NCBI RefSeq assembly: GCF_009909145.1
Contig: NZ_JAAAPJ010000005.1
Coordinates: forward strand, 336,470-400,469
Direction: 5' to 3'
DNA: 64,000 bases
DNA from: Corallococcus silvisoli
GTDB lineage: Bacteria; Myxococcota; Myxococcia; Myxococcales; Myxococcaceae
Both the position numbers and the translations under genes were made by a program. The notes beneath the pieces are model-generated. The model ran no database searches. It had not been told where the DNA came from and saw nothing but the letters and a program-made list of their open reading frames with translations. Positions 16,041-26,195 of this stretch are shown here, piece by piece. Numbering within the stretch: the first letter of the stretch is position 1; every line of letters begins with the position of its first letter.

Positions 16041-17599
16041 TGCGCACTTCCATTCTGTTGCCCCTGGTCAAGGTGACGGTCCTGGAGGACCGGGCCCTCA
16101 TCGAGCGCACCGGCGAGGTGACGCTGCCTCCGGGCCCGTGCCGCCTCGCGGTGGACGGCCTGCCGGCGGTGGCCGTGGACCGCTCGCTTCAAGCGAAGCT
16201 CTCAGGTGGCGTGGTGACCCAGGCCAGCCTGCGCCGCTCGATGCGCGCGGTGCTCCCGGAGGCCCTGCGCGAACACGCCACGGAGCTGGCCCGCCGCGCC
16301 TTCGAGCGCGAGCAGGAGCTGGAGCGCGCGCAGGCGGAGGTCGGTCGCCTGGAGACGCGGCGCGACCTGCTGGAGGCCGCGCGGACCGAGGTCTTCCGCG
16401 CCATCAGCGAGCGCACCGGCGCGGGCGAGGCGGATCCGACGCGCTGGAAGGAACAGCTCGAAACGCTGCGCAAGGAGCAGGCCGCGACGGACGACACGCT
16501 CTGGCAGGCCCGGCGCTCCGCGGCGCGCCTCCAACGCCAGCATGAGCAGGAGACCCGCGAGGTGCTGGCGCGCACGGCTCCCGCCGAGCCCACGGTGGAC
16601 GTGCGCGCGGAGCTGGACGTGAGCCACGCGACGGGCGGGCCGGTGACGTTGACGCTGACGTACCTGGTGCCCTGCGCCGCATGGCGGCCCGCGTATCGCG
16701 CGGCCCTGAGCCTCGCGGACGAGGGCTCGACGGTGGCGTTGGAGTGCGAGGCCGTCGTCTGGCAGAACACGGGCGAGGCCTGGAAGGACGTGACGCTGGC
16801 CTTCTCCACGGCGCGCCCCACGCTGGGTGCCACGCCCCCCAGGCTCGAGGAGGACTGGCTGTCCCTGCGGGACAAGACAGCGCGAGAGAAGCAGGTGGTG
16901 GAGGTCTCCGTCCGCGAGGAGTCCATCCAGACGACCGGCGAGGCCGGGACCTCGAAGGCCGCGGATGCGCTGCCCGGCATGGACGACGGCGGAGCGCCGG
17001 TGACGCTGTCCACGCCCCACAAGGTCACGGTGCCGTCGGACGGCGAGGCGCACCGCGTGGCGCTGTTCGCGTTCACGGCGCCCGCGACGTCGGAGCTGGT
17101 GGCCTGCCCGGAGCAGTCGCCGCTGGTGCACCGGGTGGCGCGGTTCGCCAACACGGGGCCGACGGTGCTGATGGCCGGGCCGGTGGACCTGGTGCGCTCG
17201 AAGGGCTACGTGGGCCGCGCGCAGCTCAAGTTCGCGGGCCGGGGCGAGCGCGTGAAGCTGGGCTTCGGCAGCGAGGACTCGCTGCGCGTGTCACGGCAGG
17301 CGGAGTCGAGCGAGGAGGTCGCGCGCATCACCAGCCGGCGCACGAACACGGAGCGGGTGAAGCTGTTCGTCTCCAACATGGGGGCGATGCCGGCGAACCT
17401 GGTGGTGGAGGAGCGCATGCCGGTGTCCGAGGTGGAGGCCGTGGAGGTGGCGCTGCTCAAGGACGCCACGAAGCCCGCGCCCACGAAGGTGAGCGACGAC
17501 GGCATCGTGCGCTTCGAGTTGAACGTCCCGCCGCGCTCCCGGCAGACGGTGTCCTTCGGCTTCACGGTGGCCCGCTCCGGGAAGGTCTCGGGCCTGTAG
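16037..17599 (+). CDS. DUF4139/MuiA-like paralog, translationally coupled to the upstream gene (ATGA overlap)
   Basis: ATG at 16037 overlaps TGA at 16038-16040. Coiled-coil N-terminal half and beta-rich C-terminal half parallel the upstream paralog. Confidence 0.6.
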   Translation: MMRTSILLPLVKVTVLEDRALIERTGEVTLPPGPCRLAVDGLPAVAVDRSLQAKLSGGVVTQASLRRSMRAVLPEALREHATELARRAFEREQELERAQAEVGRLETRRDLLEAARTEVFRAISERTGAGEADPTRWKEQLETLRKEQAATDDTLWQARRSAARLQRQHEQETREVLARTAPAEPTVDVRAELDVSHATGGPVTLTLTYLVPCAAWRPAYRAALSLADEGSTVALECEAVVWQNTGEAWKDVTLAFSTARPTLGATPPRLEEDWLSLRDKTAREKQVVEVSVREESIQTTGEAGTSKAADALPGMDDGGAPVTLSTPHKVTVPSDGEAHRVALFAFTAPATSELVACPEQSPLVHRVARFANTGPTVLMAGPVDLVRSKGYVGRAQLKFAGRGERVKLGFGSEDSLRVSRQAESSEEVARITSRRTNTERVKLFVSNMGAMPANLVVEERMPVSEVEAVEVALLKDATKPAPTKVSDDGIVRFELNVPPRSRQTVSFGFTVARSGKVSGL

Positions 17600-17614
17600 G
17601 AGAGAGTCCACGCC

Positions 17615-18379
17615 ATGCCCTTCGCGACGAAGTCCGGCCGCCGCATCCACTACGAGGTCCAGGGACGTGGGCCTCCCCTGCTCCTCCTGCACGGCCTGCT
17701 CCAGCTGGGCTCGCACTGGGCCCTCAAGGGGTACCTGCCCGCGCTGACGGAGGCGTACACCGTGGTGACCTTCGACTCGCTGGGGCACGGGCGGAGCGAA
17801 GCGCCCCACGACCTGGAGGCCTACAGGCTGCGGCACCGGGTGGAGGACGTGCTGTCGGTGCTCGACACGCTGTCCATCGGCAGGGCCCAGGCGTGGGGCT
17901 ATTCGATGGGCGGTTGGACGCTGTGCGGGCTGGCCGCCGCCGCGCCGGAGCGGCTGACGTCCTACGTGGTGGGCGGTTGGGATCCCGTCGTCGGGCTGCC
18001 CATCGCCTACGCGGCCCTGGCGAAGCAGCTCAAGTCGTCCGAGGAAGTGGATTGGTTCCACGTGCTCCTGATGGGCGCGCGGCGAGCCCCGGAGCTGGCG
18101 GAGGCCATCGACGCGGGCGACCTGGAGGCCCTGCGCCTGTGCCTGAGGGCCTGCGAGGACTCAGCGGGCCAGGATGAAGCGCTGGTCCGCTCCGGGCGAC
18201 CGGGGCTCTTGTACTGCGGGGAGAAGGACCCGTACCACGACGCCATGAAGGGGGTGGCGGAGCGGGCGGGCGCGGCCTTCGCCACCATCGAACACGCGGA
18301 CCATGGTGGAGCCTGGGCGAAGGCCCCCAAGGTGCTGCCGCACGTCCTGCCGTTCCTCGCGTCGACCGCGTCGAAGTGA
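17615..18379 (+). CDS. Alpha/beta-fold hydrolase
   Basis: HGLLQ oxyanion region and GYSMGG nucleophile elbow; acid/His at the C-terminus (IEHADHG). Confidence 0.8.
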   Translation: MPFATKSGRRIHYEVQGRGPPLLLLHGLLQLGSHWALKGYLPALTEAYTVVTFDSLGHGRSEAPHDLEAYRLRHRVEDVLSVLDTLSIGRAQAWGYSMGGWTLCGLAAAAPERLTSYVVGGWDPVVGLPIAYAALAKQLKSSEEVDWFHVLLMGARRAPELAEAIDAGDLEALRLCLRACEDSAGQDEALVRSGRPGLLYCGEKDPYHDAMKGVAERAGAAFATIEHADHGGAWAKAPKVLPHVLPFLASTASK

Positions 18380-18382
18380 CCC

Positions 18383-18425
18383 CCGGCCTGACCGGGGCGC
18401 GGGTGAGACCGCGCGCCCGCTCCGG
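18383..18425. terminator. Pair of GC-rich hairpins between convergent genes (possible bidirectional terminator)
   Basis: ccccggcctgaccgggg and gcgcgggtgagaccgcgc stem-loops are visible. There is no clear U-run, hence low confidence. Confidence 0.3.
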
Positions 18426-18431
18426 CGCGGC

Positions 18432-19607
18432 TCAGCGCAAGGGCGCCACCAGCTGGCGGAGCTGGTTCTTCGCGGCGGACTCCGGGACACGCCGGAAGAG
18501 CGCATCGCGGACAAAGCGAGCGGCCGTGCTCTCCCACTGGGCCATCCGTCCCACCTGGTGTGAGCGCACGACCATCGCGTTGGCGCGCTTCACCCGGATG
18601 GCCTCGTAGGCGCGCAGCGCGTCCTCCACGCTCCCGGGAGCCGTCAGACACTCCGCCAGCACCACGCCGTCCTCGATGGCCTGACATCCCCCCTGCCCCA
18701 GGTTCGGGGTCATCGGGTGCGCGGCGTCTCCCAGGAGCGTCACCCGTCCGCGGCTCCAGTGCGCCAGCGGCGGCCGGTCGTGGATGTCCGTGCGCAGGAC
18801 GCGCTCGGGAGGCGTCGCCGCGAGCAGTCGCGCGATGGGCGCATGCCACCCCGCGAAACGCTCCTGGAGGACCGCGAGCGTCTGGCCCGGAGCATCCTCC
18901 GCCCCCGCGGGGGCGTTGAGCGTGGCGTACCAGTACACCTCGCCGTGACCGATGGGCACGATGCCGAAGCGCGCCCCGGGCCCCCACGTCTCGATCATCT
19001 GGCCCGCCGTGACCCACTCCGCGCCCGGGCAGACGCCACGCCAGCTGGTGTAGCCGGAGTACCGCGTGGGCTCGTCGCCCCGAAGGCCGGAGCGCACGAC
19101 GGAGCGCAGGCCATCCGCGCCCACCAGCACGTCGCCGGAGACGGTGGTGCCGTCGGACAGCGACACCGTGACGTGCCCCTCCGCGTCCTGGAAGCCCGTC
19201 ACCGACACGCCCAGCCGCACGGCGTCCTCGGGGCCCGCATGGGCGCGCAGGACGGCCTGGAGGCGGGCGCGGTGGATGGCGACCATCGGGGCATCCAGCT
19301 CCTGCTGGAGCGAGCGCACGTCGACGCGGCTGATGCGTCGCCCCGCCAAGTCGAGGATGAGGGTCTGCTCGGGCCGCTCGCCTTCCGCCACGACGGCGTC
19401 ACACAGGCCGATCCTGCGCAGGGCGAGCGCCGCGTTCATCTGCACGATGATGCCCGCGCCGACCTGCCGCAGCGCCTCCGCGCGCTCGAACACCGTGGCG
19501 CGAACGCCGGCCCGCTGGAGCGCGCACGCCAGCGTGAGGCCGCCAATGCCCGCGCCCGCGATGAGGACATGGCGGGAGGACGGAGGCGCGACGAGGGGAG
19601 GAGTCAT
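18432..19607 (-). CDS. FAD-dependent monooxygenase (salicylate hydroxylase/UbiH-like)
   Basis: GAGIGG dinucleotide-binding motif, GADGxxS (VGADGLRSVVR) and a C-terminal DAAH motif. An alternative TTG start at 19643 would overlap the upstream stop as TTGA. Confidence 0.8.
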   Translation of the reverse strand: MTPPLVAPPSSRHVLIAGAGIGGLTLACALQRAGVRATVFERAEALRQVGAGIIVQMNAALALRRIGLCDAVVAEGERPEQTLILDLAGRRISRVDVRSLQQELDAPMVAIHRARLQAVLRAHAGPEDAVRLGVSVTGFQDAEGHVTVSLSDGTTVSGDVLVGADGLRSVVRSGLRGDEPTRYSGYTSWRGVCPGAEWVTAGQMIETWGPGARFGIVPIGHGEVYWYATLNAPAGAEDAPGQTLAVLQERFAGWHAPIARLLAATPPERVLRTDIHDRPPLAHWSRGRVTLLGDAAHPMTPNLGQGGCQAIEDGVVLAECLTAPGSVEDALRAYEAIRVKRANAMVVRSHQVGRMAQWESTAARFVRDALFRRVPESAAKNQLRQLVAPLR

Positions 19608-19639
19608 GGTGGGCCTCGCGGGAAGGCCGGGGCTGGCGC

Positions 19640-20488
19640 TCAACCGAACCAGCGGCCGGAGTCAGGCGCGAAGACTCGCACGCGCTCCAGGAGTGAGGCG
19701 GGGAGGCGGGCCTGGAGGGTCGCATGGACCTGCGCGGGGCTGTAAGCCTGACTGAAGTGCATCAGGACCAGGGCCTCGTTCTGGAAGCGGTCGGCCATGG
19801 CGGCGATCTCCTCCAGGTGGATGTGCGCCCGCTCCTGCGCGTCGCGCACGGTGCGCTCCGAGTCAATGAACGTGCACTCCAGGATGAGCACGCGGCTGTC
19901 GAACAGGGACGGCTGGCGCTCCAATACATTGGAGAGCGTGTCGGTGCAGTAGGCCAGCTCCAGGCGCTCGACTTCATCGAACAGGGGCTCACCGGCCTGC
20001 CTCCGGCGGCCGATCTCCGCTGGAGGCAGCTCGCGGTACTCGGCCTTGAGCTTGGCGACGCGGCGGAGGAACTGGTAGCCCAGCGAGGGCACGGGGTGGT
20101 GCGTGCGAAAGGCGCGCACCCACAGGTCCTGCTGCACCTTCACGGTGTCGCCGGGCCGCAGGGGAACGGTGCGGATGTCCGACTTCATGCGGTGCAGCCG
20201 CCCCAGGGCCGCGAGCGCCTCCTGCACGGGCGCTTCGATCTCCGCCGGAAGGTAGACGAACGGAGGCCCCTTCCCCACGAGCGCGCGGATGCCCAGGAGC
20301 GAGCCCAGGGCGCTGGCGTGGTCCGCGTGGCCATGGCTCAGGAAGATGCGGTCGGTGCCAGCGAAGGACCGGATGGGGATGCCGGCATCCAGCAACACCC
20401 CCAGCTCCGGGACCAGGAGCGACGTGTACACGCCGCCCACGGACACACCGCGCACGGTATAGGGGCCCGCCTGCACTTCGGTCAGCAT
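19640..20488 (-). CDS. MBL-fold metallo-hydrolase
   Basis: SHGHADH zinc-binding motif; overall RNase Z/beta-lactamase-like pattern. Confidence 0.8.
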   Translation of the reverse strand: MLTEVQAGPYTVRGVSVGGVYTSLLVPELGVLLDAGIPIRSFAGTDRIFLSHGHADHASALGSLLGIRALVGKGPPFVYLPAEIEAPVQEALAALGRLHRMKSDIRTVPLRPGDTVKVQQDLWVRAFRTHHPVPSLGYQFLRRVAKLKAEYRELPPAEIGRRRQAGEPLFDEVERLELAYCTDTLSNVLERQPSLFDSRVLILECTFIDSERTVRDAQERAHIHLEEIAAMADRFQNEALVLMHFSQAYSPAQVHATLQARLPASLLERVRVFAPDSGRWFG

Positions 20489-20540
20489 GGGGACCAGCTT
20501 ACGCGGACTTTGAACGGGACCGGCGGCCCCAGGACGCGCG

Positions 20541-21608
20541 TCAGTTCTTCGCGCGCTCGTACTGGTGCGGCCACATCACGTCCGCGCGCAGCTCCTTCGC
20601 GGCGCGCAGCGGCCAGTACGGATCCCTCAGGAGCTCCCGGGCCAGGATGACGACGTCCGCCTGCCCGGTGACGAGCACGTGCTCCGCCTGGAACGCGGAG
20701 CGGATCATCCCCACCGCGCCCGTCATCACGCCCGTCTCCTGGCGCACCTTCTCCGCCAGGTGCGTCTGGTAGCCCGGCCCCACCGGGATCTTCGCGGTGG
20801 CCACCACGCCCCCCGACGAGCAGTCGATGAGGTCCACGCCCTCCTTCGCCACCAGCCGCGCCAGCGCCACCGACTCCTCCGGCGTCCAGCCCCCCTCCAC
20901 CCAGTCCGTCGCGGAGATGCGCATGAAGAGCGGCAACGACTCCGGCCACTTCGAGCGCACCGCGCGCGTCACCTCCAGCGCGAAGCGCGTGCGGTTCTCG
21001 AACGACCCGCCGTACCGGTCCGTCCGCGTGTTCGACAGCGGCGACAGGAACTCATGCAGCAGGTAGCCGTGCGCCGCGTGCAGCTCGATGACCTGGAACC
21101 CCGCCGCCTTCGCGCGCACCGCCGCGTCCGCGAACGCCTTCACGACGCGCGCGATGCCCGCCTCATCCAGCGCCGCGGGCACCGGATAGCCCTCCGTGAA
21201 CGACTCCGTCGTGGGCCCGAACGGCGTCCAGCCCCCGTCCTCCGGAGCCACCCGCGCCCCCGCGTCCCAGGGCCGGGGCGTGGACGCCTTGCGCCCCGCG
21301 TGCGCCAGCTGCACGCCCGACGCGGCCCCATTCTGGTGCAGGAAGCGGTTGATGCGCGCCAGCTGCTCCACGTGCGCGTCCTTCCACAACCCCAGGTCCT
21401 GCGGCGAGATGCGCCCCTCCGGCTCCACGGCCGTGGCCTCCGTCAGGATGAGCCCCGCGCCGCCCACCGCGCGGCTGCCCAGGTGCACCACGTGCCACTC
21501 GTTGGCGAAGCCGTCCTCGCTCGAGTACTGGCACATGGGCGAGACCACGACACGGTTTCGCAACGTGATGTCCCGCAGCTTCAACGGGCTGAAGAGCTTG
21601 CTGCTCAT
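20541..21608 (-). CDS. NADH:flavin oxidoreductase, Old Yellow Enzyme family
   Basis: SPMCQYS, HAAHGYLLHEFLSP and the RTDRYGGS motif characteristic of OYE/NamA enzymes. Its start overlaps the def stop. Confidence 0.85.
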   Translation of the reverse strand: MSSKLFSPLKLRDITLRNRVVVSPMCQYSSEDGFANEWHVVHLGSRAVGGAGLILTEATAVEPEGRISPQDLGLWKDAHVEQLARINRFLHQNGAASGVQLAHAGRKASTPRPWDAGARVAPEDGGWTPFGPTTESFTEGYPVPAALDEAGIARVVKAFADAAVRAKAAGFQVIELHAAHGYLLHEFLSPLSNTRTDRYGGSFENRTRFALEVTRAVRSKWPESLPLFMRISATDWVEGGWTPEESVALARLVAKEGVDLIDCSSGGVVATAKIPVGPGYQTHLAEKVRQETGVMTGAVGMIRSAFQAEHVLVTGQADVVILARELLRDPYWPLRAAKELRADVMWPHQYERAKN

Positions 21609-22231
21609 GACTTGTCCTCCGGGGAAATCGAAACCTGCTGCTCCGCCAGCCCCAGCGCCGCGCGCACCTGGGCCGTGCTCCTGCCCAGCCAGTGCCGCCG
21701 GTGGTTCTCCTGCGTCGTGAGGCTGCGCGTCTCCATGCGGTCCACGTAGAGCGTGCCGTCCAGGTGATCCACCTCATGCTGGAGGATGCGCGCGTACCAG
21801 CCCCGCGCCGACACCGTCACCGGCTTCCCGTGCTCGTCCAGCGCCTCCACCCGCACGCCGCGTGCCCGGGACACCAGCGCCGCGAGCCCGTTCACGCTCA
21901 GACACCCTTCGTGGAACTCCATCGGCGTGGGGTCCTCCACCACCAGCCGCGGGTTGATCAACACGTGGAAGCCCACCGGCGCCCGCTCCCGCGAGGCGAG
22001 GTCCGCGGCCGAGGCTCCGGCCTGGTACTCGGCGCGGTCCTCGATGACGACCAGCCGCACGCCCACCCCCACCTGGGGCGCCGCCAACCCCACGCCGGGG
22101 GCATCCCGCATCGTGTCGCGCATCAGCGCGATGAGCTGGCGCGTGGCCTCGCCGCCAATCTCCTCGGGGGTCAGCTCTCGCGCGCGCTGGCGCAGCACCG
22201 GTTCTCCTGCCTGGACGATTTTCAGCACCAT
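21605..22231 (-). CDS. def: Peptide deformylase
   Basis: GVGLAAPQVG, EGCLS and the QHEVDHLDG metal-binding motifs. ATG at 22231 (MVLKIVQ); the ORF-track extension to 22447 is rejected. Confidence 0.85.
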   Translation of the reverse strand: MVLKIVQAGEPVLRQRARELTPEEIGGEATRQLIALMRDTMRDAPGVGLAAPQVGVGVRLVVIEDRAEYQAGASAADLASRERAPVGFHVLINPRLVVEDPTPMEFHEGCLSVNGLAALVSRARGVRVEALDEHGKPVTVSARGWYARILQHEVDHLDGTLYVDRMETRSLTTQENHRRHWLGRSTAQVRAALGLAEQQVSISPEDKS

Positions 22232-22370
22232 GGTGGCCCCCACCGTAACAATCGCTCTCCCGCCGCGCCGCATCCCCGTGAAGCGGGCACGGGCCCGGCC
22301 GCCGGGTTCCCCACGGGGAGGGCAACCCCTGGCGTGGAGGGGTGCCACTGACGGTAGGCTGCGTCGCACC

Positions 22371-22868
22371 ATGGCTCGCCGCAAGAAGGCCGAAGAGACC
22401 ACCGCCCGGGTGCGCAACCTGCTCGCCCTCGACGCCGCCGGCATCATGCGGAGGCTCGCCGCGCGCAGGGAGGAGATGTTCCTGCTCTTCTCCCGCCTGC
22501 GCAGCCGAGGGCCGCTGGTGGAGACGGTGGCGTCGCGCTACGCGGAGGGCGCCTTCGCCCAGCTCATCCACCTCCCCGAACAGGAGCAGGCGGTGGTGGA
22601 CCACTTCTACGCGCGCCTGGACGAGCTGCGCTGGTACTTCACCTACACCGAGGACATGCCCGGCACCGCGCACCAGACCTTCATCGCGCTGCACCGCAGG
22701 CTGGAGGAGAGCTACCGCCTGTTCGTGGAGACGCTGGGGCTGCCCGTGCAACCCGACGGCGTGCGCGTGGTGAACGCGGAGGCCGTCCGCCACGAGGAGG
22801 TCGCCGCGGAGCCCACGCCGGTGGCGCTCGCCCCGCTGCCCCGCCGCCGGCGCGCGCCGCCCGCCTGA
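22371..22868 (+). CDS. Hypothetical protein (165 aa)
   Basis: ATG at 22371 (MARRKK), coding-like codon usage. Divergent from def; no recognisable domain. Confidence 0.5.
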   Translation: MARRKKAEETTARVRNLLALDAAGIMRRLAARREEMFLLFSRLRSRGPLVETVASRYAEGAFAQLIHLPEQEQAVVDHFYARLDELRWYFTYTEDMPGTAHQTFIALHRRLEESYRLFVETLGLPVQPDGVRVVNAEAVRHEEVAAEPTPVALAPLPRRRRAPPA

Positions 22869-22869
22869 C

Positions 22870-24018
22870 TCAGGCCGCGGAGGCCTCCGCCGCGTCCGCC
22901 GCCGACATCTCGGGGGCCGGAGCCTTCACCAGCCGCTTCATGGACGCCTTGCCCACGACGACGTCCACCATCTTCCGCGCGCGCGTCCAGACGCTCTCCT
23001 GCACGTACGGGATGCCGTACTTCTCGCACAGGGCGCGCACGTGTGGCTGCGCCTCGCGGTACTTCAGCATCGGCAGGTCCGGCCAGAGGTGGTGTTCAAT
23101 CTGGTAGTTCAGCCACAGGTGCGCGAAGTCGTTGAGGTCGCCGCCCGTGCGGTAGTTCGCGCTGCCCAGCACCTGCTGCACCATGCGCTCCGACTTGTTC
23201 GCGGGCGCGGAGTCGAAGCGGTACAGGTCCTCGCCGGTGTGGTTGGGCCCCACGACGAAGAACGTGTGCAGGTTGGTGACGACGTCCGCCAGCACGGAGT
23301 TGCACAGCACGCTGAACGCCGCCCACGGGCCCAGCAGCCCGAAGACCGCCGGGTACAGTCCAAAGTAGACCGCCGCGTACGGCAGGTAGCAGCGCGAGAG
23401 GAGCTCCCACACCTCCGCGCGCGTCAGCGCCCCACCCTCGCGGCGCCCCTTGCGCCGCAGCGACCCCAGCGTCTCCGGCGCGTAGTAGCTCGCGCGCCAG
23501 GTGATGGCCAGCAGCGCCAGCTGCACGTAGCGCAGCGGCAGCGGCCGGCCGGTGTCGCGCAGCGTGCCCTCCGCGTTGCGCTCCAGCAGATCCGGATCCG
23601 CGTCCTCGCCCGTGTGCGAGTGGTGCAGCACGTTGTGCTCGAAGACCCACGCCTCCGGCAGCATCCAGTCCAGCCAGTCCACGAACCTGCGGGCCCCCTT
23701 CGCGAAGCCCTTGCTGGTGCGCGACGCGGGCATGCCCGGCACCCGGTCGTAGCCCCGGTGCCCCACGTGGTGCATGAGCAGCCAGCGCGTGGAGCGCCCC
23801 AGCCCCAGCGCCACCGCGCTCAGCGGGTTGGGGGCGATCCACGCCGTGGCCACGCCCAGCGCCGTGGCCACCCGCCCCCAGCGCTCCAGCTTGCGCAGGT
23901 GCGCCGCGTCCGCCTCGCCCAGGTTCGCGTCCAGCCGGGCGCGCAGCGCCTTCAGCTCCTGGTGGAACCCCTCCACGTCCACGGAGGCGAGGTCGAAGTC
24001 GGGGGTACCGCGAGACAT
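22870..24018 (-). CDS. Fatty acid desaturase family membrane protein
   Basis: Histidine boxes HHVGHRGYD, HNVLHHSH and QIEHHLWP with hydrophobic spans. ATG at 24018. Confidence 0.8.
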   Translation of the reverse strand: MSRGTPDFDLASVDVEGFHQELKALRARLDANLGEADAAHLRKLERWGRVATALGVATAWIAPNPLSAVALGLGRSTRWLLMHHVGHRGYDRVPGMPASRTSKGFAKGARRFVDWLDWMLPEAWVFEHNVLHHSHTGEDADPDLLERNAEGTLRDTGRPLPLRYVQLALLAITWRASYYAPETLGSLRRKGRREGGALTRAEVWELLSRCYLPYAAVYFGLYPAVFGLLGPWAAFSVLCNSVLADVVTNLHTFFVVGPNHTGEDLYRFDSAPANKSERMVQQVLGSANYRTGGDLNDFAHLWLNYQIEHHLWPDLPMLKYREAQPHVRALCEKYGIPYVQESVWTRARKMVDVVVGKASMKRLVKAPAPEMSAADAAEASAA

Positions 24019-24115
24019 GGAGGAACTCCTCGGGAGCGGGACGGAAACCAAGGCACGGCCAAGGCGGGCCGCACGGTAGCCTCCGCCCGCGCTCGCGAAA
24101 AGCCTCCCGGCCCGC

Positions 24116-24592
24116 TCACCCGCCCGCCGGGCGACGGGGCAGCACCAGCTTCGCGGTGAGCACCTGCAGCACCTCTCCCTTCTGGTTGCGGGTCTCGCTG
24201 CGCACGACGGCGATGCCCCGGTCCGGCCGCGTGCGCGAGGGAATGAGCTCCAGCACCTCGCTCTCCACGTGCAGCACGTCCCCCGGACGCGTGGGCTTCG
24301 GCCAGCGCAGCTCCCCGCCCGCCCCCACGATGCCCCCCTTGAACGGCAGCCCGCTCTGGACGTTGAGCTTCATGGTGAGCGCCGCCGTGTGCCAGCCGCT
24401 CGCCGCAAGTCCCTCGAACAGCGTGTCCCGGGCCGCGTCATCGTCCAGGTGGAACCCCTGCGGATCGAACTCCCGCGCGAAGGCGACGATCTGCGCCGCG
24501 TCCAGCGCGTGCGTGCCGCTGATGAACTTCTGGCCCACCTGGAGGTCGTCCAGGCAGAACTCCTTGCGCCCACCCTCTTGCGACGAAGCCAT
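24116..24592 (-). CDS. MaoC-like (hot-dog fold) dehydratase
   Basis: 158 aa with a typical MaoC C-terminal pattern. ATG at 24592; the long ORF-track extension to 25171 is rejected. Confidence 0.75.
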   Translation of the reverse strand: MASSQEGGRKEFCLDDLQVGQKFISGTHALDAAQIVAFAREFDPQGFHLDDDAARDTLFEGLAASGWHTAALTMKLNVQSGLPFKGGIVGAGGELRWPKPTRPGDVLHVESEVLELIPSRTRPDRGIAVVRSETRNQKGEVLQVLTAKLVLPRRPAGG

Positions 24593-24746
24593 GTCCACGT
24601 CCTTCCCAAATGGATGCATATCCAGATGATGAGGATAATGCATTCTTTGGGGACCGCGCCGCACCACCCGTGCGTGCCACCGCGTCCTCCGCGCCGAGCC
24701 GAGGGCGCGGGGTGCCGCCGAACGTCGAGCATCGCGCGTCCTCCCG

Positions 24747-26189
24747 GTGCGGGAGGAGCCGGGGCCCCGGAGCCTGGGGTATGAGCACGGGGTGCTCGTG
24801 TCCTCGCGCGTCCGCTCCCTGCTGTCCCTCCTCACCGTGGCCATGACGGGAGGGGGCGCGTCCGTGGCCTGGGCCGAGGAGGAGCCCGGGGCCGCCTCCG
24901 GCCCGCCGGAGGTCGCGGAGGTGCGGGTGGAGGGCGTGGACAAGACGAGGCCCTCGACGGTGCGTTCGTACGCGCGGCTGGACGTGGGTGACACCGTCGA
25001 CGAAGAGCTGCTGCGCAAGGTGGAGCGGCGCCTGCTGGCCACGGGCCTGTTCCAGGAGGCCCACGCGAGCACGGAGCCCCTGCCCGACGGCCGCGTGCGG
25101 CTGGTGCTGAAGGTGACGGACAAGGCGTCGTGGGTGGTGGCCCCGACGGTGGCCTTGTCCTCCGCCAACACCGGCGGCGGCCTGCTCTACGCGGAGAACA
25201 ACCTGGCCGGCCGCGCGAAGAAGTTCGCCGTCGCCGGGCAGGTCAGCACCGCCGAGAGCGGCCTGTACGTGGGCTTCCTGGACCCGCTCCTCTTCGGCCT
25301 GCCCCAACTGAAGTTCAGCCTGGAGGGCCAGCTGCGCAGCGACCGCGTGGACGAGTACCTTCCAGGGGCGAGCCAGGCGGATCCGGAGATCCTCCGGCGC
25401 ACGCGGCTCAACTCCGCGGCCCTGGGCGCGGAGCTGGGCTTCATCCTCTTCGAGCGGGTGCGCGCGGCGGCGAAGTACCGCGTGTCCAGCATCGACGCGC
25501 AGTCGCCGGACCCGAAGAAGCCGGTCACAGCGCAGGCGTTCTCCACCGGCCCCGCCCTGCGCGACACGTCGCTGCGCTTCATGGTGGGCCTGGACTCGCG
25601 CCAGACGCTGCACGCGGTGACGGAGGGCCTCAACCTGGAGGGCTCCTACGAGGTGTCCGTCCCGGGCGTGTGGAGCGAGTTCCGCTACCGCAAGTTCAGC
25701 GTCCTCTACCGCCAGGGCCTGCGCTTCTTCAGCGAGCACAACCTGGTGCTGCGCGGCGAGCTGAACGTGGGAAAGGACCTGCCCTTCCACCAGGAGCTGG
25801 TGATGGGCGGCACCACCCTGCGGGGCTTCCAGTACCGCCAGTTCCGCGGCGACACCCGGCTCACCCTCAGCGCCGAGTACCACTTCCCGCTCTTCTCCGT
25901 GAAGTCGCTGGCCTTCCGCGGCGTGGGCTTCTCCGACACGGGCGCCATCGCGTGGAGGGACCTGCCCGCGGATGGAACGCTGACCGACACCACCGGTCGC
26001 GTCATCCGCCGTTACCTGCCGGAGTCCAGGTCCGGCCTGGACCACGCCACCGTGGCCCAGGGCGTGGGCGCGGGCCTGCGGCTGTACTTGAGCAACGTCG
26101 TCCTGCCCCTGCTGGGCGTGGACGTCGCGTACGGCGTCAACTCCGGCCAGGTGCGCGTCTACCTCGTGGCCGGAGTCACGCCCTCCTGA
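24747..26189 (+). CDS. BamA/TamA-family outer membrane protein (POTRA plus Omp85 beta-barrel), short form
   Basis: Signal peptide (LLSLLTVAMTGGGASVAWA), a POTRA-like segment, and a C-terminal beta-strand-rich region ending in an aromatic-rich strand. Exact start uncertain. Confidence 0.7.
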   Translation: MREEPGPRSLGYEHGVLVSSRVRSLLSLLTVAMTGGGASVAWAEEEPGAASGPPEVAEVRVEGVDKTRPSTVRSYARLDVGDTVDEELLRKVERRLLATGLFQEAHASTEPLPDGRVRLVLKVTDKASWVVAPTVALSSANTGGGLLYAENNLAGRAKKFAVAGQVSTAESGLYVGFLDPLLFGLPQLKFSLEGQLRSDRVDEYLPGASQADPEILRRTRLNSAALGAELGFILFERVRAAAKYRVSSIDAQSPDPKKPVTAQAFSTGPALRDTSLRFMVGLDSRQTLHAVTEGLNLEGSYEVSVPGVWSEFRYRKFSVLYRQGLRFFSEHNLVLRGELNVGKDLPFHQELVMGGTTLRGFQYRQFRGDTRLTLSAEYHFPLFSVKSLAFRGVGFSDTGAIAWRDLPADGTLTDTTGRVIRRYLPESRSGLDHATVAQGVGAGLRLYLSNVVLPLLGVDVAYGVNSGQVRVYLVAGVTPS

Positions 26190-26195
26190 GCGCCC

